DNA of 63,989 bases, the filler included, from Diploschistes diacapsis (Eukaryota), in NCBI GenBank assembly GCA_023645945.1. It is 7 parts of 7 records of this genome, joined end to end, with 100 filler letters (N's around TTAATTAATTAA, not from the genome) between each part and the next. Parts side by side here need not be neighbours in the genome. Positions count along the whole stretch, not along the records: positions 34,544 to 40,365 come from JALAIB010001474.1; positions 40,466 to 46,285 come from JALAIB010001475.1; positions 46,386 to 52,194 come from JALAIB010001476.1; 4 more parts are not named here. One strand, written 5' to 3'. Position 1 is the first letter of the stretch. Each line of letters starts with the position of its first letter. Shown piece after piece: positions 36,996 through 49,255 of the stretch. Made by a program: the position numbers and the translations under genes. The notes under the pieces are model-generated. The model searched no databases and was not told where the DNA came from. It saw only the letters and a program-made list of their open reading frames with translations.

Positions 36996-37617
36996 GGTGA
37001 AGGGTGGGGGAGCGGCCAGAATGGAGGCTCCGTGAGGACGGAGTTTTTCGTGTATATATATTGGGCTTTCCCCGCAGTCGCTGCAGGAATACCTGTTCTG
37101 TTTCTATAGACTTGAGATGAGGATGATGATGATGTTATGGACGGAACTTGGACGCAATATAATGCAATGCCGTGTGTACAAATGACCAGACCCACCCCGT
37201 GCCCGTGGTGTGAGACGATCTGACGGTAATACATGGTAATGGTTTGCGCTGTTCAACGGCCAATGTAGCTCAAGTTGACCTTGTTTCAATTTTTTACGCA
37301 GCCTCTTCCCAGCTTTTACGCGAGCGCGTCGCGCATCGTCGAGTCGCGTACCCCTAGCAATGACATCAAGACTCATGGCCCTAATAATAAATATCTATGG
37401 ATCTCGCTTCGCTCAGGTACAAAAGGCGCGTGCTTTGCACATAAGCATTGCCATTGCTAGGAGTTGTTGCTTTTATGTTTTATAGCTCCCACGTCCGTAT
37501 GCTGTATTCCAAGCTATTTATTACCCAAATTACACTCCTCTACCCAATCCCACCAGCCTGCCGTACTATCGGCGCGTTATCCTACGCAGATAAAGACTGC
37601 AATTTTTCTTTGTGGCG

Positions 37618-40365
37618 ATGAGCTCCACTCCGCTCGCCGCATCCTCTTCTCCCGCCAAAACAACGCCCGCGTCCTCTCCTCCCTCATCGCCCGCCACTAT
37701 GCCCGCATCTGCGGATAAAGAAGCCGTGGCAAGCACAACCGCCAATGGCCAACCCACGAACACAGAGCCCATTTCCTCACAGATGCTGGAGGAGGAAGAG
37801 CGCATGCGCGAGGCCGCCGAGAGAGACGATTCCGAGGGCAGCAAACGGGCGAGCCAATGGGCCAGTGCGGGCAAAACCCAGCAGCAGGGCCAGTTCCAGA
37901 AGCTGATGCGTTTGGTCGAGAAGAGCAAGGTGTTTGCAAGCATCATGCAGCAGCGGATGCAGCAGGAAGAGGAAAAGAGGCAGGCGAAGACGGAGGCGGA
38001 GAGGAAGAAGATGGAGAAGAAGGAGGCAGAGGCCGAAAAGGTGGCCGGCGGCCAAATGAGGAGGGGGACAAGAACCACTACCGGGGCGACCAAGGAGGAG
38101 GCCGATACCGATGGGCAGAAGGCAGAAGAGGCGGAGGGCAGGAAACTGCCCGTTCGGACGAGAGGGAGGCCCAAGAAGGGAGAGAAGAAGGATGGGAGCA
38201 TTTCGGCCTGGCTGAAGAAAGAGGACGTTGACAAAAAGACGGGTGGCATGACTGTCTCCGAGGCGGTAGCTGAAGCGGCGGAGGAGTACGAAGCAAAGGA
38301 GAGCGGTTCGTTCGGCGCATCGGACCTGCGATCGGCGAACCAGCCGGCGGCGGTCACGGGCGGCATCATGCGCAGCTATCAGCTCGAAGGTTTGTACTGG
38401 TTGAGATCGCTGTACGAGAACGGACTCAATGGGATTCTTGGTGAGTAGCTTGGGCAGGGAGCACGGCCGGTTGCTGATGGGCGTGTAGCTGACGAAATGG
38501 GCCTCGGTAAAACGGTGCAGACGATCTCGTTTCTGGCTTTCCTGCGCGAGATGGAGTCGTTCGGGCCTTTCTTGGTCGTCGCACCGCTGAGCACGCTCGG
38601 TAATTGGATCGACGAATTTGCACGGTGGACGCCGAGCATCAAGACATTATTATACCATGGCAATCCTGCGGAGAGAGCGGAGCTTCGGGCAAAGGAGCTC
38701 AGGAAGGATAGAAAAGAGAACTTTCCGGTGGTGTGCACCTCGTACGAAATCTGCATGAACGACCGGAAATACTTGGCCGAATATGGATGGAAATTTATTA
38801 TCATTGTAAGTACGGAAGCGGTTCCTCGCGTGGCATCGCTAACATGTCTCCAGGATGAAGGGCATCGGTTGAAGAATCTGAACTGCAGACTAATCAAGGA
38901 GCTCAAGCAGTACAAGTCGGCCAACCGTCTCCTCATCACCGGCACTCCCCTCCAGAACAACCTTGCTGAACTGTGGTCACTGCTCAACTTCCTCATGCCC
39001 GAAGTCTTCGACACGCTCGAAAACTTTGAAAGCTTCTTCGACTTTTCCGCCGTGCTGGAGAAGGGCGGGCACAAGGCGATCATCGAGAAAGAGCAGAAGA
39101 GCAATCTCATCGCCTCGCTCCACGCCATTCTCAAGCCCTTCCTGCTGCGCCGCGTCAAGACGGATGTCGAGACAGAGCTGCCAAAGAAGCGCGAGTACAT
39201 TCTCTACGCGCCCCTCACCGCCCCGCAGAAGGAGCTCTACAAGCAGATTATCGAGGGTAACGTTCGCAAGTACCTCGAGCAGCAAGCCGTCGACCGCATG
39301 CTTGAGAAGAACGGCGTCAAGAAGAGCCGTAGCACCGGTAGCCTCAAACGCAAGCTCCTCGACGACGACGACGACGATGCGGATGCCGTCTCGAACAAGT
39401 CCGCAAAGAGCAGCCGCCGCTCCACCCCGGCGTCCATGCGGTCGGGCCGAAAGGCAGCCTCGCGGCGCAAGAACTACACCGAGGTCAGCGATCGGCAGTT
39501 CTTCAAGGAGCTCGAGACGGACAACACGTCTCCGTCCAACGGCTCCTCGGACGACGAAATGGACGAGTCCGAGCAGGAAGAGCTCCGTCGCCAAAAGACC
39601 ATCGCCCTGGCCAAGCGCGAGATATCCGCGAAGAAGCTCCAAAACCCCATCATGCAGCTGCGCCTCGCATGCAACTCGCCGCACAACTTCTTCTGGCCCT
39701 GGCTCTCCTCCAGCGAGGACGAGGAGGACCAGCCCCCGGACAGCACGCTAGTGACGAGCTCCGGCAAACTGCTGCTCCTCGACCGACTCGTTCCTCACCT
39801 CCTGGAAAAGGGCCACAAGATCCTGATCTTCTCCCAATTCAACAGCACCCTCGACATCCTCGCGGCATGGGCCCAAGACCTACACGGCTGGTCCTTCTGC
39901 CGCATCGACGGCTCCGTCGCGCACGCGGACCGGGCCGAGCAAATCGCCTCCTTCAACGACTCCGAGAGTCAAACGGACATCTTCCTCCTCTCCACGCGCG
40001 CCGGCGGCCAGGGCATCAACCTCGCGGCCGCCGACACCGTCATTCTCTTCGACAGCGACTGGAATCCGCAGCAGGACCTGCAGGCGCAGGATCGCGCGCA
40101 CCGCATCGGGCAGACGCGGCCGGTCGTCGTGTACAGACTCGCGACGAGGGGGACGGTGGAGCAGACGCTGCTGGAGAAGGCGGACGGGAAGCGGCGGCTG
40201 GAGAAGCTTGTTATTCGCAAGGGCAAGTTCAGGAACCTGAAGGGCCCTGGCTCGGGCGGGGGCGGGAACAACAACGACGATATGGAGGAGCTGGCGCGCC
40301 TGCTGGAGCGGGGCGAGGGCGAGGGCTGGGATCTGGTGATTGGGGGGGTGGGAGAGAGTCTGTTG
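37618..40365 (+). CDS. IRC5: SNF2-family chromatin remodeller of the LSH/DDM1/Irc5 subfamily (3' end truncated at contig break)
   Basis: [99 protein letters not shown]. Introns at about 38442-38488 and 38805-38853. Confidence 0.85.
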
Positions 40366-40465
40366 NNNNNNNNNNNNNNNNNNNNNNNNNNNNNNNNNNN
40401 NNNNNNNNNTTAATTAATTAANNNNNNNNNNNNNNNNNNNNNNNNNNNNNNNNNNNNNNNNNNNN
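40366..40465. other. Artificial contig-joining spacer
   Basis: N44-TTAATTAATTAA-N44. Confidence 0.97.
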
Positions 40466-40568
40466 GTTCCATAGATACTTATGATTACATATGACTGAAA
40501 AAGTATCTTAAGAATCATGGTACTTATTATATAATTTATGTGTACAGTAAGCAGAATAAGACTTGCCG
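40466..40568 (-). mobile_element. Terminus (end A) of a repeated TIR-type element, reverse orientation
   Basis: Reverse complement CGGCAAGTCTTATTCTGCTTACTGTACACATAAATT... matches 45471-45585 over about 100 bp, differing mainly by transitions. Confidence 0.75.
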
Positions 40569-41052
40569 AGAATAGTAGGGCAGCCATCAGCCTAGTCTGA
40601 AAGAGGAGTTATTAACCAGCCAACAACGTTCTACTTTACCTCCCCATTTCGCCTATCTACCCATCCTTGATTCTACAACTGAACCATGACGGCGCTTCCC
40701 TCAAGTTATCAATGATCGGCAAAAGTACGGGTCTGGAATCCACAATGCATGCGAGAATCCGGAAAGGGTCGAAGTAGCAAACATTGATGTGATTCTGCGT
40801 GTATTTTGATTGTATTTGAGGCTGATCTCTGCCGCTGGCTTCATCAAACATCTTCTGCTCTTCCCTTTTCCTTGCATGTTGGGAACCTATCTTTACTACT
40901 ATGCCGGACTCCCAAGCATAGCGAAGTAGTTCAGTTCGTTAACTTGTGCTTCTGGAAATCTCTTCTTCACACTTCAGAGACGCCATCTCCTGCAGCCAAG
41001 TCTGGCTTGAGGTGTTCTTTAGTCGCACCCTCATCAGTCGCATCTATTCAGT

Positions 41053-41981
41053 ATGCCGACGCCTCTTGCAGGAGCATTGACTCGTACTGGATTCAACAAC
41101 AGAAACAAGGGTAGAGGATTGCAGAACCAATATGATCTAGCACAGCGTATGTTCACTGGACCAATGAATTCTATGCATCCAATGTATCAAGATAGATATG
41201 GAAATGCTGGTATGTCTCATTCCATACCAACAACTGCAAGATTCCGACAGATGTACTAGCAGGATGCTATCAACATGGGGACGGCTGGCCAGTGGGAGTG
41301 CAGAATGGCATCATGCCTTACGATCCAATGACCGCAGCCTTTCAGCAAATGCTATCCGGTGGGCTCGATGGACACCATAACCACGAAGGGCTTCGGGGAG
41401 GGAATTCAAACGGTTGGTTCTGCAGTTATAACCAATCCTATACTGACGGTTATCAAGGCGTGGATCCTCTCCAATTGTTTGAGTCGATGGGTCTATATTC
41501 CCCGCGTCGGCCCAGAGGAATGGGACCATCTGGACAAGACTTACTCGAGCTTCTAGCCAGCGGATCACGTCCTCGTCCCAGAGGAATCGATCCACTATCT
41601 CAAGGGTTGCTTGAGATTCTTGCCAATGGCGGCCAACGTCATCATCCTGTCGATGTCATTGTTGAGCATCGCCATAGTCCAAGGCGAGGACGACGACCCA
41701 AAAACTACAGGTCTTATGATCGAGGTAGCGCCTACTACCCCTCTGATGACACGGAGTACTATGGCTCTGAAATCGACGACGATTATGACACCCGCAGCTA
41801 CGTCCGTCGTCGTCCGAGACATCATTATAGCCATTCCCATAGTCGCAGGAGGGCTTGGTCGCCCAGTTATCGTGACTTGGACGGCTTCGGATTCTGGAGC
41901 AGGGGCAGACCGAGACATCGAATACATTTCGGAACGGCAAGGGACGGTAGTTATACGGATAGGGAGTTTACCCTTAGGTGA
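41053..41981 (+). CDS. Orphan low-complexity protein (G/M/Q/Y-rich N-half, R/D/Y/H-rich C-half)
   Basis: ATG 41053; intron at about 41210-41262 fuses the 68-aa and 229-aa ORFs in frame; short internal repeat RPRG(M/I)xPxxQxLLExLAxG. Confidence 0.55.
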
Positions 41982-42358
41982 GCCTAGGCCATTGCAAAAC
42001 CATACCATGTTTAGAAATAGGACGGTTCGACACATTTGTAGAATTTTTATGAAATATCCCTTGAATTTCTCTTTCGAAAACAGGGAAAATTCACAATTGG
42101 TGAGGCACTTGCTGTTTACATTCAATGAGCAACTCCCGTAGAGGAAAGCCCGCCTCTCCCAAAAAACTTGATCTTCTATCTCCTATCTCTTATCACCCGT
42201 CTCTCACTTTTCACTTTCTCATCCTCAACCTCAATCGTGCAGACTACCACCACTGACTCACAATGTTGGCTTTCGAAGCTCAATACCAATTTCGCTAGCT
42301 CAGATCAAGTCTTTCTAGTAATCTCAAGAAACCCCCCTGCACTCTGCAGCACGTTAAC

Positions 42359-44716
42359 ATGCCACCATGGCGACACGATGATATGCGCTTTGCCCCAGCA
42401 TTCAAACCAAAGGCGAAGCACGATACTCATGACGAGACCGAAGAGGTGGAGTCCTTCGCCCCTGCGTTCAGACAGAAATCGAAAATTTGCGACGGATATG
42501 ATGCCTCAGGCAACCCGCAGTATGAGTATATGAAAAAGGAGTACGGCCAGTCAAATACATGGAACACCTATGATATCAGTACGAAGAGGAAGAACTATAG
42601 CAGTTCTGGCTACTCTGAAGGCTCGCACAGCGCTCAGGCAGAACCAGACGGCGTGTGGAACAACTGGGGTGTGAAGGTTGAAGACGGATGTCTTCAGGAT
42701 GTCACGAATCTCTTCGTCAAAGATAATGAGGTGATGTCTCACGACGCACCGCGCAATGCCTTTGAAGCTGCTAATATGTCCACGTTGGGCCGGGGATCCA
42801 AATCAAAAACCATCGTTAACATGATTGGGGACAGAGTCATAGGTACCGTGAACCGCTCAACAGAGGAAAGACTGCGATACCTGGATGAAAAAGGGAAATA
42901 TAGCGACGGCCAAGACCGTGGTATGATCCCGAAGCGATTGCTCGAGGAGCACGCTCGCAGAATTCGTCAATGGCGAGATGAGATGACACACGCAAATGCT
43001 GTGTTGAAGGAATGGAATCATCTTGCTCCGGAACAGCAAACCCAGCGTCGTGAGAATGCTAGGTTGAATATGTCTGAGATGCTCCAGGCGCTTGAGCTTA
43101 TTGTCGATGAAGACGTACCGGAGGAATATCTTCGGAAGGATCAAGACACTTCTCAAGCAGTAGACCTGGTCGAGGAAGACGAGCTTCCACTTTTCGTGGG
43201 AGACTCTGATGACGAAGAACCTTCAACAACGAGTCATACAAGCTCCTCGCGACCACCTTCAAAGCGTGTTTTTTCCGGCGTCAGCAACAGACAAAGTCAC
43301 ATGAATCGAGGCGCTGAGAATCGCCGCAACGCTCTCGAACGAGGATCAGATCAACGCGGTTCATCTTACAAGACTCTTAGCGAGTGCTCCCGTAGGCCGC
43401 CTAGGCATCAGCGCGTGGGTCCATTAAGCAAGGCGAGCAAAGACTACCATCGACGCGAATTGAGGATAACAGCGCAACTAGCTAGTCAACCGGGACTGGC
43501 ATATAGGCTGAAGTCTGCTCTTGCACCAACGCCTGCTCCCAAGTCTGTCGTGTCCGAGTCTTCGCTTTTCTCGGTGACATCTTTTCCGGATGCATTGCCC
43601 CTAGAAGACACAGATGCGCTCCCGACTCATGCTGTTCCGCGTGCAGCTGCTGCGAAGTACTCCAAAGCTGTCCAACATGCGACTATCTTCCCTCGAATAG
43701 TCGCTATCCAGCTGCACTCCAATCTCAACTTCAATCCGGAAGCGGTTGTTGCTCGCGTATTTGGCGGACATGTCCAAGAAATACAGTACGTTCTCTTGAA
43801 TGCACGCGCTTATTTCACGGCGTATGCTGCTCATGATTAATACAGGTTTTTTCCCAAAGCCCGTCAAGCCCTTGTGGCGTTTCTGTATCCATGGGAGGCC
43901 ACAGCGTTCATCGTTCATAATAGAACCGCTCGCAAATACGACGAGGAATTCCGCCGTCTGCAGATAGCTGCGCACTGGTACCATGGGAAAGAGGAAGAAG
44001 CCATCTACGGCCAACAAATGAACCTTATCAAGCATGTCATGAACGAGAATGCATCCCGCATTGTCCAGGTCGCCGGCATCGACAAGCGTATCGACCACGC
44101 CATGCTAACAGAGGTCCTCAAAGGTCATTTTCCGAACCTCGTGAAACTGAGGCTTGTCATACCAAAAAAGAGGTACGAACGGGAGAAGCAGAATAGCAAC
44201 AGCATCATTCTTGAGTTCTCAAGTACGTCTCTTTTGCCCCATCTATACTAATCTACCCTCTTCAATCAACCACCCGGGCCCCACTCCCGCAAAGCCACCT
44301 CTCCAAAAAGCTGATCCCCAATCCATCCAGACATCCCCCATGCCATATCCGCCCACCGCGCCTTCGCCTCCAACTCCCTCCGCGACTTCCCCAACGCAAC
44401 TCCCACCTACCTCATCGACCCGTGCGCCGAGCCCCGGCCACGCCAACCCTGGTGCGATTGCCTGCACTGCAAAGCACCCCTGCCCACAGCGCCGATGCTC
44501 CGCTACGGCAGCAGTACTCCCGGAGGCTCCGACACCGCGTCCGACACCGGCGACGGAGACCTCGTGATGCCGTTCCACAGGGGCCGTGTGGTGAACTCGT
44601 GGGGACGAAACGCGGGCTACTTTGCGACGTGGGGGGATGTGGATTTGGAGTTTGATCCGGAATTTGATGCTAGTCGGCCGGCGGAGTTTGCGAGGAGTTG
44701 GGACGGAAGGTACTGA
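42359..44716 (+). CDS. Hypothetical protein: long disordered N-terminus, two degenerate RRM-like folds, Cys cluster
   Basis: Introns 43786-43845 and about 44222-44330 give a continuous frame: ...VFGGHVQEIQ|FFPKARQALVAFLYPWEATAF...ASRIVQVAGI...IILEFS|NIPHAISAHRAF...YLIDPCAEPRPRQPWCDCLHC...WDGRY*. Confidence 0.6.
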
Positions 44717-45470
44717 TCGGGAGAACGTGAATTGGAAAGATGATGGTGGTTGGTGACGGTCGATATTGAGAAAGGTAGGGGGGACATGGGGGAGAGATAG
44801 CAGCTGAGCCCATGGGGACGCCAGTGGGGGGGAGGTGGCAATTAGCTTATGAAAATTGAGCGGAAGGGGTTGGTTGCTCCAGCAGGTGGAGCACGATCGG
44901 AGCTGTCTTGCTCATATGCAAAAGGTCCTTCGGGTCAACAGTCCTCGGTCTGTGGGACTTGGATCGGTGCTTATTAGATACATGATATATAGCTATTTTC
45001 TAAAGCAACAAAGATATACTTTACAGGCTTATTCAGCAATATACGGGAAACGATAGTTGTGAAACCTTTCTGTCCCTAACACTCCTAACGAGATATATAT
45101 CTTACTATCTATCGTGCGTACCATGATGGCTTGTCCTGGCCTGGGAAGCGAGTCAAGTTCTCAGGATGATAGATAATACCCCGTACCGTGCTCTCTACTC
45201 AAGGCCCGGAATGGAATGGGAAAAGCCTTTGCATTCTCGATTACGGCCCCCACTCCCTTTCCAGATGGAAATTGATGTTTTACTTGCTGTCGAGGAACCC
45301 CCCTGGGAGGGGGGGAATCGAGTGGATGCGAAGAAGCTGCTGGTGAACGGGGTTGTTGAATGAAGTACATGCCCCCAAGCCGAAAACCAGAGCACACACA
45401 CAGCCTAAAAGTAAAAACGCTAATAATGGAAGAGAAAGAGAAAAAGCTCTCATATTTACCCTACTTACTA

Positions 45471-46285
45471 CGGCAAGTCTTATTCTGCCTACTATACACA
45501 TAAATTACATAATAAGTATTATGGTTCTTAAGATACTTTCTCAGTCATATTAATTTATATATAACCATAAGTATCTATAGAACTAACGTTTTTTTTAATT
45601 ATATTTATTTACTTAACGATCGCTTATATATTCTTTTTTTAATTTTTAATTTTATTATTTTAATTTTTTTTTAAATATTATAAAGATTTTATTATTTATT
45701 CGTTTTATTCGCTTTACGCGTTTTATCGTTTTTTTTATCGCCGCCGAGACCACGTTCGATATAATCGCCGATAACGATAAACTAGATCTTAAAAATTTTA
45801 TACTTTACGACGCCCTTTCCGCCGCTTTAGATCGTGATGTTATCCCTTCGCCCGCTCCGACGCCTACTACCTTACCGTTCCGTGATTCGTTTACCTTCGT
45901 TATTCTCGTCGAGTCTACGCGGGCCTCGATATTTTTACCGCCGTTATTTATTACGGGGAGGCTTTATAGTTTCCTTACGAACCTTTCGACGTGAAAAACG
46001 CGTTTCTTTATTATCGCGGATATCCTTCGAATAATCGTAACGAATTTTAACGCGTTTTAATTTTACGTAAATAATTTCTAAACGTTTAATCGAACGTCTA
46101 AAAATATTATATAATATCGTTATTATTATTAACGAAACGACGATAATAATACGACATTTATTACGCGTAATATCGATATTAAAAAAAAATCACGCGCGAC
46201 CGCGTAATTTATAATATAATTATCGTAATTCGATAAAAACGTCGGTTATAAATAAATCGTCGCCTTATTTAAAAATATTTATATA
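45471..46285 (+). mobile_element. Heavily mutated (RIP-like) DNA transposon: end A plus internal relic ORF
   Basis: Starts CGGCAAGTCTTATTCTGCC. The interior is very AT-rich and stop-riddled, with most remaining C/G in CpG. Possible BED-finger remnant SNV*KYY...YA*Y (restorable to SNVWKHY...CAxC) at about 46090-46173. Confidence 0.7.
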
Positions 46286-46385
46286 NNNNNNNNNNNNNNN
46301 NNNNNNNNNNNNNNNNNNNNNNNNNNNNNTTAATTAATTAANNNNNNNNNNNNNNNNNNNNNNNNNNNNNNNNNNNNNNNNNNNN
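46286..46385. other. Artificial contig-joining spacer
   Basis: N44-TTAATTAATTAA-N44. Confidence 0.97.
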
Positions 46386-46516
46386 ACATATATTTATATA
46401 TAAATTATATAGAGATCTAAGTATTTAATAAAGTCATAATGAACTAAATAGAATGCACACTAAGGCGCTATTAAATATGTTACACAATTTTATAATAGGC
46501 AGAATAAGATATACCG
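46386..46516 (+). mobile_element. Opposite terminus (end B) of the same TIR element family
   Basis: ...TATAATAGGCAGAATAAGATATACCG is an imperfect ~26-bp inverted copy of end A with a different AT-rich subterminal sequence. Confidence 0.6.
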
Positions 46517-46850
46517 AGATCTTCGGGCCCTGAGACCATATTGAATGCTTAGAAGCCAAGCTCAAAGCATGCAGGCTGCAGGCGCAAAAGATTCACCACG
46601 GATAGGCACCTCGTAGTAGAGTAGAACTCACTTTGATTATATTCACTGTTAGACTCGATTGTCTTCACTCAAGCTGTCAGACTTTTCATCCTTGAAATCT
46701 CTCATCTCTCATCTCTCATCTTTCATCTCTCAACTCTCAACTCCCCTTCGTCATCTTCTTCTTCAGGTAATACTTCAAGTCCACCGAAAGAGCTTATCAG
46801 AGATCATCATCAACACTCTACTTAATCTAGATCTCTAGATTACTGTCAAG

Positions 46851-47494
46851 ATGTCAGACACAGGAAATGTCATTAGAGGCCACAAGGCTGCCATGAACAA
46901 CCCAAGTAAGCTTTCACATCGAATCCTCTCCAGTGTTGAGCTTCTGATTTTGTACCCGTGCTCAATCCTCAATCCATTGGATTCCCACCAATTCCACTCA
47001 CACACCTGCTGAACCTCTCTCCCTTACAGACGTCTCCGACGAAGCAAAACAGCACTCCGCCCAAGTCGTCTCCGAGCTCTCTGGCTCCAGCGAGACCACT
47101 GGGCAGAAGCAGGATACTGGCAAGGACCCCAGCCGCATCGTTGGAGGCCTGAAGGCGTTAGTCACAGCCCCCTTTCCTTCCACCCTATCCCTCCAAAAAG
47201 CCATCAAGCTCACTGGACTCAGAACCATCAGCAACCCTAGAGTTAGCGACGAAGCCAAGCTCGAGGCTGAGCGTAAGCTCGAGCACCTTCCCGAGAGCAA
47301 CACCGCTGCTGCTGGCGAGCGTGATGATGGCAAGGATCCGGAGGCCGTTGCGCGTGGATTGAAGGCGTAAGTCAGCATGATGTTTTGTTTGAACGTGAGA
47401 TGTTGAGTACTGATGCAGGTCCATCACCAACCCCAATGTCTCCGACGCGGCTAAGAAGGAGGCTGAGAGGAAGCTCAAGGAGATGGGTGCTTAG
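46851..47494 (+). CDS. Conidiation protein Con-6 family, three repeats
   Basis: Exons 46851-46905, 47030-47156, 47223-47366, 47419-47494: NVIRGHKAAMNNPNVSDEAKQHS / DPSRIVGGLKATISNPRVSDEAKLEAERKL / DPEAVARGLKASITNPNVSDAAKKEAERKL. Confidence 0.9.
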
Positions 47495-47812
47495 GGTGTC
47501 CATTCCTTCGAGCATGCTACACGTAGTTATCTACGGCTTACTGGTGCTAGTTGGTGGATACCTACAATAGTAAGGAGGGGATTAGTCATTCAATTGCTTA
47601 AAGGGCGAAAGGTAACATGAGTTAATCATGCAACCTTGTAATTAGGCTCAAGCTACCAAAGACTTAAATGAATCGATCATCATTCCGAAGTTCATCCTAC
47701 TCAGGCATCCCTAATGCCACAACAATCGTAAACAAACTCTACATATAAGCAGAGGATTACCTCCTTTGCGGAAATTGCCCATCGCGGGTCATGACGGCAG
47801 CTCGGAGAGATC

Positions 47813-49255
47813 TCAAGTTTCCGGAGCAGGCCTCAGGGCAAATTGCTTCATGTACTCGTAGTCTTCGATATTGGCATTGACCGTATCGCGAATCAGATTA
47901 GCAGCTTCCTCGCCGAATTTCTCCGCCCAAGTATGGTCTTCCTTGATTGGAGTCTTGGGTCTCTTGTGCTGCGGGTACCATTAGCAATCTACAGAGTACG
48001 CCAAAAGTACGCTCCTTACATGCATCCGCGGACGCAGGTCCGAGCTACCAATAGCATCTTCGTGGAAGCCCTTCCACTTTTCAAACGCATGGACCGCCCG
48101 CTGATGGTCCTCCTCCGTGTCCCAGACCAGCATATCGGGGTGAAAATCCAAGCCGACGGACTTGCAGTAGGCCCGGATGATCCCGGAGGGATCGTCAAGC
48201 AGATCGTCGGCGTCTATGACGCAGATCTCGACGCCGCTACTTTTCTCGCCATCGGCGGGCTGGCTGTTGTCCTCGCCAGCGACCTCGGGGCCGATCTGGC
48301 CGGTGGAGCGGAGCCAGTCGAACACACGTCGGAGCTCGTCGTAGCCGGACTCGTTGGGCAGGAAATTGTAGAAGCCCGTTATTTCGTCAAGGGGAGGGAC
48401 CATGCAGCGGTAGTAGGAAGGCACGCTTTTGCCAGGATGGCGGATGAGGAAGGTGAAGTGGAACTTCCGGAGGATTGCTTCTGGGACGACTGTGGGGTTA
48501 TTGGGTTCTGGCTCGGTATCGTAAGGGTAGGGAGTCCCCGAGGCGCAGGTTCCATTCTTGTTGTTGGATTCCCCGTCAGTCGTCCCAGAAGTGCCAACGC
48601 CGCGTTTGATCCTGAGTAGAGATGGGGCTATGGATGGAGGCTTTCGGTTGGGAGGCACCAAATAGTAAATCATGTCCTTGATGAATAGACGCTTGCCCTG
48701 ACGAACCTGTCAGTCTTGTGTGCAAGAGGAAAGGCCATATCCGGTACATGGAAGGAACGTTGTTCACGCATAATGCACGAAACTTCCAAAACATCTTCGC
48801 AAAGGAGGCAGACTAAGAAACCACATTGTATAGACCCGGATCACTGCAGGCTATGGGATTGAAAGGATAGCGCAAGCGCAAAGCGAAGACCATAAATCAG
48901 AGATTGACGCGAGTAGGGCATATATAATATCTTTATCAAGGGGAAAGCGTCAAACCTCTTCGCTCTCTCGATCAAATCTATCCAGGACCGTCTTATAGGT
49001 CGAATTACTGAACCCACTCCCCTGTCTTGCAGATTCATTATTCTCAAATCTCTCGCCTAGCCTTTCTGTACCGTAGTAAAAAGCATCACCAAAAGGCTCA
49101 TGGATACAAGTCATGTCGTTATGACGAGTCATGAAAACCTGCGTGGGCCGCGTTAGTTGAAAGCTTTCGAGGATAGGATACATAGACCAAACCCTCTCAA
49201 ATGCAGTCGAACAGGCCCTCGGGTGGGTAGCCACGAAAATCGGTTTTGCAGTCAT
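47813..49255 (-). CDS. P-loop / sulfotransferase-like fold protein (conserved fungal family)
   Basis: MTAKPIFVATHPRACSTAFER|VFMTR...HEPFGDAFYYG...|GKRLFIKDM...NPTVVP...FTFLIRHP..SVPSYY...VIDADDLLDDP...WKGFHEDA...DYEYMKQFAL. Three introns. Confidence 0.8.

Noticed and set aside
45471..46516. One complete transposon spanning the spacer (end A at 45471, end B at 46516)
   Set aside because: The contigs appear size-ordered and the flanks (CTACTTACTA versus AGATCTTCGG) show no target-site duplication, so these are probably different copies.
48698..48955. Intronic snoRNA in the unusually long 258-nt intron
   Set aside because: No convincing C/D or H/ACA box arrangement seen by eye; an Infernal/Rfam scan would be needed.
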